A stretch of 64,000 bases of DNA, from the NCBI GenBank assembly GCA_020633895.1, contig JACKCT010000001.1:462130-526129 (forward strand). Reading direction: 5' to 3'. Origin of the DNA: Deltaproteobacteria bacterium. GTDB lineage: Bacteria > Lernaellota > Lernaellaia > JACKCT01. The translations under genes were made by a program, and so were the position numbers. The notes beneath the pieces were generated by a model that did no database searches, had not been told where the DNA came from, and was given only the letters and a program-made list of their open reading frames with translations. Shown piece by piece: positions 57,765 through 64,000 of this stretch (its first letter is position 1; each line of letters begins with the position of its first letter).

Positions 57765-58787
57765 CTAACGGCGGTGCGCAACGGCGGCCGAGCGAGGCGC
57801 CGTGCGGGGGAGGCGAGAGGCCAGATTCCAAATTGTCGAAAAACCCAAGAGGGGCTGCATCCGTTCGATGAGACGCCAGGAACGCGCCCCGGCCAGATAC
57901 GCGATCTCCTTGAGGCGCGCGCGGCCGATGTCCGGGCGTCCGTAGGCCAGCGCAAACTGCGCCTCGGCGAGGGCGTCTTCGATGAGCTGGTTGCGCAGGC
58001 GCGGCGTCGCGTTGTCATGACCGAGAAGGCGTCGTTCGGCGTCGAACAATCGTTGAACAGCCGCGGCGGCGTCGTATTTCGCCGCGTTAATCGTCGGGCG
58101 AGTTTGCCAGAACGCCCGCCGGACGGCGTCCGAGTTTGAATCCTGCGTCGTGTTGTGCCGCGTCGAAACGCTCGCCTCGTGACGCCGATAATGCAGCAGC
58201 ACCTCGGGCACATTGGCGAAGCGCGCGCGGTCGGCGAGGCTCAGCCACAGGGCGTAGTCTTCCGCATGGGGAACGTCGGGGTAGCCGCGATCGGCAATCA
58301 CCTCGCGACGCATCATGACACTGGGATGGGCGAACGGCGGATGCAGCGCCACGCGGCGCGCCAGCCATTCGGGCGAGCAGGGGACGTGCCATTTGTCGAC
58401 AACATTGTCGTCCCCGTCGATGACGGCGATGAAGCTGCCGGCGATGCCGATGCCCGGTTGCTCGTCCAAAAACGCGACCTGCCGCTCCAGGCGCGTGGGC
58501 AGGGCGATGTCGTCGGCGTCCATGCGCGCGATGTAGCGCCCTCGGGCCAGGGCGAGCCCGGCGTTGAGTGTCGCGACAAGTCCGGCGTGGGCCCGTCGAA
58601 TGTAGCGGACGCGCGAGTCGTCGCCGGCACAGGCAATATCGGCCGAGGCGTCGGTGGAGCCGTCATCGACGATCAGCAATTCGAAGTCGTCGAACGTCTG
58701 ACCGAGAATGCTCGCGACGGCCGACGCCAGGTATCGCTCGCCGTTGTGCACCGGCATCAGGACGCTGACGATGGGCGCCTTGCTCAT
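57765..58787 (-). CDS. glycosyltransferase family 2
   Basis: MSKAPIVSVLMPVHNGERYL...ELLIVDDGSTD GT2 signatures; ATGA overlap with the upstream GT4 stop. Confidence 0.8.
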   Translation of the reverse strand: MSKAPIVSVLMPVHNGERYLASAVASILGQTFDDFELLIVDDGSTDASADIACAGDDSRVRYIRRAHAGLVATLNAGLALARGRYIARMDADDIALPTRLERQVAFLDEQPGIGIAGSFIAVIDGDDNVVDKWHVPCSPEWLARRVALHPPFAHPSVMMRREVIADRGYPDVPHAEDYALWLSLADRARFANVPEVLLHYRRHEASVSTRHNTTQDSNSDAVRRAFWQTRPTINAAKYDAAAAVQRLFDAERRLLGHDNATPRLRNQLIEDALAEAQFALAYGRPDIGRARLKEIAYLAGARSWRLIERMQPLLGFSTIWNLASRLPRTAPRSAAVAHRR

Positions 58788-60115
58788 GGCGTCGCCTCCG
58801 ACGTCGAAGGCGAACCGGCCGCCGAGTTGGCGTGCATCGAGTGGATGAGAGCCGCCAGGGAGGGCGCCGCCGTGCGCCACGTCTGGGGATGCACCCGCGC
58901 GGTGCGTTGCGCCAGATCGGAAACGCCGCCGCATTGGTCGATCACCCGGCGGTAATATTCCAATCTCCACTGAGCCGCGCGAGCGGGGGTGTAGCGGTCG
59001 CGCACGCGCAGGTAGGTCAGCGCCGCCAGCGTATCCCGCAGGCGATGGTTGCGACGCAGCCGCAGCATGGCCTCGGCCAGGTCCGCCGGGTCGTCGGGCT
59101 CGACGAACACACCCGTCTCGCCGAGCATTTCCACCATGCCCGTGCCGTACGTGGCGATCACCGGCCGCCCGGCGCTCATCGCCTCCAGGCAGACGTTCGG
59201 AAAGTTTTCGAACAATGACGGAAAAACGCAGAAGCTGGCGCGCCGGTAGCTCTCGGCCAATTCGTGCCGGGGAATCGCGTCGAGAAAACGCACTCGCCGA
59301 CGTTCGTGATCGGTGAGCAGACCCTGCAAGTAGTCGCGCATCGAGCCGCCGCCCGGCGCCGTATTCGTGTCCCGGCCGATCAGCGTAAAGACGACGTTCG
59401 CGTCCAGGGCCAACATCGCCTTGGCCGCCTGAATCAACGTGACCACGCCCTTGCGATGCTCCAGTCGGCCGACAAACAGGATTTCGTCGCCGATCGGCGG
59501 CGTATAACCCTGGATGAAACCGTCGGCGTCGTAGGGGTGGGGCACCACCTCCACATCCCCGCGATGCACATCGTCGGCGAGATGGTCGATCATCGCCCGC
59601 GACGGGGCGCAGACGCCGTCCGCCGCTTCAATCGGCAGGCGTTCCAAATGCTTCCAGGCGGGGGTGTCGGAATGATTGAGGGCGGCGACGACATAGTCGG
59701 GCGTGTGCAGGTTCACGACCGTCGGCACGCGCAGCGCCGGGTCGCCCAGCGCCATCCAGCCGGTCGCCAGGCATTCCGGGATTTCAACGATGTCCAATTC
59801 GCCGCGCTGCAAAAACTCACGCAGTTGGCGGCGCATGATGGACGCCAAATGAATCCACGTGCCCGCCTCGGCGAAACGGCCGATCAGGCCCCGGGCCAGC
59901 GGCTCGGGAGGGTCGAAGGGCGCTCGATGGACATGCACGCCGCTGGCGTCGATGGTCGTGGGATCGTCCGGCCGGCGGATGGTGAAGATGTGCACCTCGT
60001 GGCCGGATTGGGCGAACGCGCGGCTGATCTGCTCGACGTACGTGCCGATGCCGCCGCCGAAAAACGGCGGATATTCGTGCGTCACGAATCCGATACGCAG
60101 GCGCGGTCCGTTCAT
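58784..60115 (-). CDS. glycosyltransferase family 4
   Basis: Real coding part starts MNGPRLRIGFVTHEYPPFFGGGIGTY (443 aa); the ORF-track's longer Arg-rich N-terminal extension is rejected; C-terminal CVFPSLFENFPNVCLEAMSAGRPVIAT GT4 motif. Confidence 0.8.
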   Translation of the reverse strand: MNGPRLRIGFVTHEYPPFFGGGIGTYVEQISRAFAQSGHEVHIFTIRRPDDPTTIDASGVHVHRAPFDPPEPLARGLIGRFAEAGTWIHLASIMRRQLREFLQRGELDIVEIPECLATGWMALGDPALRVPTVVNLHTPDYVVAALNHSDTPAWKHLERLPIEAADGVCAPSRAMIDHLADDVHRGDVEVVPHPYDADGFIQGYTPPIGDEILFVGRLEHRKGVVTLIQAAKAMLALDANVVFTLIGRDTNTAPGGGSMRDYLQGLLTDHERRRVRFLDAIPRHELAESYRRASFCVFPSLFENFPNVCLEAMSAGRPVIATYGTGMVEMLGETGVFVEPDDPADLAEAMLRLRRNHRLRDTLAALTYLRVRDRYTPARAAQWRLEYYRRVIDQCGGVSDLAQRTARVHPQTWRTAAPSLAALIHSMHANSAAGSPSTSEATP

Positions 60116-61783
60116 CCCACCGCCTCCCGCACCGGGAAGTGATACAGGCGCACCACTTCGATGCCCGCGTTCAGGAAGATCTCGCTGTTGGCCCACAGAG
60201 TCGATTCGATCGTGTCCGACGAGAGTACCACCGCGTCCAGATCCATCCCGACCGCGTCCGATCGCGAGACGATGGGCCATTCTCCGAGCGTCAGTCCGCG
60301 CTGATCCGGGCTGTCGTCGATGACGGCGAGGATGCGCAGGCCGTGTTGCTCCAGATAGGACTGGGAAGACAGCAGCTTTCGTGTGTGCTGACCGGCGCCG
60401 TAGAAGGCGATGCGCTTGATGCCGCGTTCGGGAGCGACTTTTTGCACGATGCGTTCGGCGACGGGATGCACCCCCTGCGTCACCTCGTCGACGCGGCGGT
60501 GGAGCATCAGATCGACCGCGTCGGCGATGTCCGGCATCACCGCTTCCCAGACCGCGTTGTCCACCCGCGCCAAACGGCGGTCCAGGCTCGACTGCCCCGC
60601 GTACGCGCCGACCACGTGCTCGTAAAACGCGACCCGCGCGGCGGCGATTTTGGCCGGGGCGAAGTTTTCGCGAACGCGGCGCGCGACTTTCGAACCGATG
60701 GCGGCGCACCGTTCGGGCGCGTTCCAAAGGGTGAGGATCTTGGCGGCCAAACCTTCGGCGTCGTCCGGGTCCACGTACACGCCGTCGTCGGCCAGCATGT
60801 CGACCATGCCCGAGCGACGCCCGGCGATCACGGCCCGTCCGGCGGCCATCGCTTCCAGACAGACGTTCGGGAAATTTTCGAAGCGGGAGGGGAACACGCA
60901 GAATCGCGCCTCGGCCAGGTGCGTCGCGAGGACGGCGCGGTCGACCTTGCCGACGAAACGCACCCGCTGGGCCGTCGCGTCCGTCAGCCGGGACGTGAGA
61001 TATTCGCTCATGGAACCGCCGCCGGGCGCGTCGGGCGTGTCGGCGCCGATCAGGTCCAGATGCACATCCGGCGCGATTTGCCACACCCGCTCCATGGCGT
61101 CCATCAGCGTCAGGATGCCTTTGCGCGGCTCCAACCGGCCGACGAACGCGATGCGCTTACTGTCCGCGGGCCAAGGGGACGGCTCGCGGCAGAAGGCGTC
61201 GGCGTCGAAGGGATGGGGCAGGACACGGGGCGTGCCGACCAGGCGCACGCGACCGTCGATGTAGTCGGCCATGGCCTGGCAGGGCGCGCAAACGGCGTCG
61301 GCCAACGCCATCTCCAACCATTCGAACGACGTGCCGCGCAGGGCGGGCGTTTGGTTGAGTTCGTTGATGAAATCCGACGGCGTGTGGCAGTTGACGACCG
61401 ACGGCGTCGTCCACTCGGCCGACAGCAGCGTCAGCCAGCCCGGCGCTTCCCATTCGGGAAACTCGACAATGTCCAGCCGCGTCGAGGCCGCGAAATCCAA
61501 AAGGGCGTCATGGAACAAGGAGGCCGCGTGCAGCCATTCGTTGGCCGCGTGCCAGAAACCGGAAAGCCCGCGCGCGTCGGCGGCGGGCGGGTCCCAGCGT
61601 AATCGGTGGACATGGACGCCGGGCGGGTCGCCGTCGGCGGGGCGGTCGTCGGGCCGTCGGATCGTGAAGACGTGCACCTCGTGTCCCTGTTCGGCCAGCG
61701 CGCGGGAGACTTCGGCGACATACGTGCCGACCCCGCCGCCGAATTCGGGAGGGAACTGACGGGTGACGAATCCGATTTTCACG
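60112..61783 (-). CDS. glycosyltransferase family 4 fused to a C-terminal PglD/NeuD-N-terminal-like Rossmann domain
   Basis: Tandem paralog of 58784..60115 (KIGFVTRQFPPEFGGGVGTY); GTG start with GGAGA RBS, overlapping upstream stop (GTGA); extra ~150-aa C-terminus IAFYGAGQHTRKLL...ILAVIDDSPDQRG...PIVS. Confidence 0.7.
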
Positions 61784-63137
61784 CGGAAATCTCCATGGCC
61801 GCTTTCATGATGGACCGGCGTCGGTCGTGCGTTTTGCGCAGTTGGGAGACGAGATCCTGCGATTCCTGGGACCACGCCGTTTCGTCCGGCGCCGTCGCGT
61901 CAGCGTAAATTTTCACGAACGCCGCCACGTCCTCGTCGATGCCGCGCGGGCACACGGAGGCGTCGGCCAGGCTCTCGAAGAGCTTGTCGTCGTCGGCCAG
62001 ACGCGCCACGCGCTCGGCCAAGGCTTTCGCGTCGCCGGTGGGGAAGGTCAGGCCGTTTTGCCCGTCGCGCACCAGGCACGTCATGCCCGGCAGATCGGTA
62101 CAGACGACCGGTGTGCCCAGGCTCAGCGCTTCGAGGATCGCGACCGGCGCATTCTCCGGGCTGATGGACGGCAGTACGAGCACGTCGATGTCGCGATACA
62201 GCGCCAGCAACGCAGAAGGTTCGAAGCTTCCGGCCAACTCCACGTTGGGCAGTTTGCCGGCTTCCACATAGAGCCCGGCGTCGCGGGGATTCTTGTTCCA
62301 GATTTCCGGCTCGCCGTAGATCTTCCAGACCAGGTTGTCCCGATCGGCCAGCGCCTTCATCGCGTCAAAGAGCGCTTCCACGCCCTTGATGCGGTTCCAG
62401 CGGCCGACGAAGGCGAAGCGCCGCTTGGCCGAGGGCTTTTTCGTGAAGTCGGCCTTGGCGATGGACTCGGGCATGCCGTAGGGCCAGACCTGGATCTTCT
62501 CCCCGGACGCTCCGGCGAAGCTGATGTAGTCGGCCATGATCGGCGAGGGGCAGTGGTGCATCGCGTAGCCGGTGGCCAGGGTGCGGATGATCTTCGAGCG
62601 GTACTCGGAGACGAACTCCCAATCGTCGTCGTCCACGTCCGGGTAGCAGCCCCGGCACTCGGCCTTGGGCGGCATGGCGCAAAGCGACGCGTCGGGCAGG
62701 AGGAACCGGCCGTTGCGGCACGACCACAGAAAGTCCACGTGCGTTCCGACGACGGGGATGTTTTCGTGCATGGCGGCCAGGGCGACCGAACTCATGAACC
62801 AGTGATTGGTCACATGCACCACATTCGGCCGGGTGGCGCGAAAATGCAGACGAGCCTCGTCATAGAGCTCGGGGTAGAACTGCAACGCGTACAGCGGCGC
62901 GGGAACCTTCGGAAAATCGAACGCGAAGCGATGGACGGGCACGCCGTCGTAGCGCCCCTCGATCGCCCGGCCGCGCCGGTAATGGAAATCCAGCGTGGTC
63001 ACGCTCGCGTCGTGTCCCTGGGCGCGCATGGCACGGGCCAGATGATGGGTATAAACCTCGGCTCCGCCGTAAACTTCCGGCAGATACCCGGTAATCGCGT
63101 ATTGAATCCGCAAGTTATTCCTCCCGGTCTTTCTCAA
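61779..63137 (-). CDS. glycosyltransferase family 4
   Basis: 452 aa, GT-B layout, C-terminal LVLPSISPENAPVAILEALSLGTPVVCTDLPG motif. Confidence 0.75.
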   Translation of the reverse strand: MRKTGRNNLRIQYAITGYLPEVYGGAEVYTHHLARAMRAQGHDASVTTLDFHYRRGRAIEGRYDGVPVHRFAFDFPKVPAPLYALQFYPELYDEARLHFRATRPNVVHVTNHWFMSSVALAAMHENIPVVGTHVDFLWSCRNGRFLLPDASLCAMPPKAECRGCYPDVDDDDWEFVSEYRSKIIRTLATGYAMHHCPSPIMADYISFAGASGEKIQVWPYGMPESIAKADFTKKPSAKRRFAFVGRWNRIKGVEALFDAMKALADRDNLVWKIYGEPEIWNKNPRDAGLYVEAGKLPNVELAGSFEPSALLALYRDIDVLVLPSISPENAPVAILEALSLGTPVVCTDLPGMTCLVRDGQNGLTFPTGDAKALAERVARLADDDKLFESLADASVCPRGIDEDVAAFVKIYADATAPDETAWSQESQDLVSQLRKTHDRRRSIMKAAMEISA

Positions 63138-63182
63138 GTGTCTCTATCGGGCGGGAGGGCGAAGTGAATGAGGATATGGGAG

Positions 63183-63935
63183 TTACAGAAGGATGACCGG
63201 GCGTCGGTCCGATGTGACGGCGCGACAGCGATGGACCATGTCGTCGGCGAATTGGGACGACGGGATGAGGATGGCGGCGGCGGGCGTCTCGACGACCCGT
63301 TCCATGGAAACGACGGGAATGTCGAACAGGCGCGTGCCGTGGAGGGCGTCGTCGTCGTCGATGATGGCGCAGACGCTGCCGCCCAGCTCCGGCGCCAGGC
63401 AGAACAGCCGCCAGGTCGACAGCCCCGCTCCGTAGACGGCGAAGGGCACCTTGGTCGCCAGGCCGTTGTGGAAACGGCGGATCAGCCGAGCCGAGGGGGC
63501 CAAGCTGGGGAATTCGTTCTCGATTTGCTCGGCCGGGCGGCTTTCGATGATCGCCTGGGCCAGCCGGATCATGGGCGCGGTCATGTCCGAATCCAGCGCG
63601 CTGCGTCGCCCGGCGAAGAACGCATGAAAAGCCAATTCCAAGGCTTCGACCGGCAGATCGTCGTCGCGGCCGTCGGCAATCGCGCTTTCGGAAAGATTAA
63701 GCCAGCGCATGACGGAGCACGACACGGACGGGTGCTCGGCACGCAAGGCGAATTCGATCAGCCGCTGGGGGAGGTGGCGCAATTCGACGTCGGAAAGCTC
63801 GGAGCCTTGAGCGCTCCACCAGTCAATCGGCCCCTCCGGCCCGCGCAGCAAATCCATGACGGCCACGGCGGCGTCCCGGCGGCGGTCGTTGTCCGCGTCC
63901 AGTTCGTTGTACCAATCCCACAGGTCGAGATGCAT
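63183..63935 (-). CDS. hypothetical protein with C-terminal PglD/NeuD-N-terminal-like Rossmann domain
   Basis: C-terminus FAVYGAGLSTWRLFCLAPELGGSVCAIIDDDDALHGTRLFDIPVVS is paralogous to the C-terminal domain of 60112..61783. Confidence 0.5.
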   Translation of the reverse strand: MHLDLWDWYNELDADNDRRRDAAVAVMDLLRGPEGPIDWWSAQGSELSDVELRHLPQRLIEFALRAEHPSVSCSVMRWLNLSESAIADGRDDDLPVEALELAFHAFFAGRRSALDSDMTAPMIRLAQAIIESRPAEQIENEFPSLAPSARLIRRFHNGLATKVPFAVYGAGLSTWRLFCLAPELGGSVCAIIDDDDALHGTRLFDIPVVSMERVVETPAAAILIPSSQFADDMVHRCRAVTSDRRPVILL

Positions 63936-64000
63936 CTTGAGTAGGGCCTGGCGCTCGGGCGAGGTCAGATCCCGGTCGGCCAGCAGGCCGCGGACCTTCG

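Noticed and set aside
58784-61084. 766-aa version of the GT4 ORF (long Arg-rich N-terminal extension), and the likewise 61875-start version of the neighbouring GT4
   Set aside because: The paralog alignment (RIGFVTHEYPPFFGGG vs KIGFVTRQFPPEFGGG) fixes the real starts at ~60115 (ATG) and ~61783 (GTG with GGAGA RBS). The extensions overlap upstream genes and are compositionally non-coding.
63168-63944. 258-aa plus ORF at the window end
   Set aside because: Antisense to 63183..63935, which shares a conserved Rossmann-like domain with 60112..61783. The plus frame has no motifs.

Overview
High-GC (~68%) bacterial chromosomal window, probably from an uncultivated lineage. It is gene-dense on both strands. 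Many adjacent genes overlap by 4 nt at start/stop (ATGA or GTGA), consistent with translational coupling. Manual coordinates may be off by 1-2 nt, and the ORF track renders non-ATG starts as M. The layout is:

- 2-14053 (+): one co-directional operon of radical SAM (rSAM) enzymes. It holds a partial SPASM-type rSAM, an NAD-dependent epimerase, a second SPASM-type rSAM, a NodU/CmcH-family carbamoyltransferase, a stand-alone B12-binding rSAM, and a 2543-aa protein that fuses one SPASM-type rSAM domain to four tandem B12-binding rSAM modules. That is eight rSAM domains in 14 kb. I could assign no substrate. This is the most unusual system in the window.
- 14.1-27.4 kb: crcB, an FAD-dependent oxidoreductase, two tRNAs on the minus strand (Glu-CUC, Gln-CUG), a membrane-anchored QW-motif alpha/alpha-toroid-like protein, a 974-aa HExxH/TolB-propeller/beta-barrel protein, a metallophosphoesterase, purF, DUF547, acyl-CoA dehydrogenase, a GIY-YIG nuclease gene bracketed by 28-bp perfect inverted repeats, and an MBL-fold hydrolase.
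- 27.5-32.2 kb: TPP riboswitch followed by thiC-thiS-thiG-thiH-thiE.
- 32.2-36.4 kb: secreted acidic proteins, an SDR, and a thioredoxin-domain (DUF255/YyaL-like) protein.
- 36.5-39.7 kb: three tandem lipoproteins with poly-Asp tracts. Two are pectin-acetylesterase/Notum-like; in one the Ser of the GxSxG nucleophile motif is replaced by Asp.
- 39.7-44.3 kb: a polyamine neighbourhood of membrane-fused spermidine synthase, DUF350, a small membrane ORF, two DUF4178 proteins, and speH.
- 44.4-49.2 kb: CDGSH protein, aldo/keto reductase, acyltransferase, nickel superoxide dismutase with a Sec-type signal peptide, secreted redoxin, nitroreductase.
- 49.3-63.9 kb: a glycosylation island with GT2 and GT4 genes, a second SPASM rSAM paralogous to the megaprotein N-domain, a capsule-biosynthesis-like protein, and a 1075-aa DUF115/Maf-like protein.

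Two families of intergenic palindromic (REP-like) repeats recur in the window. No CRISPR array, rRNA or obvious transposase was seen.
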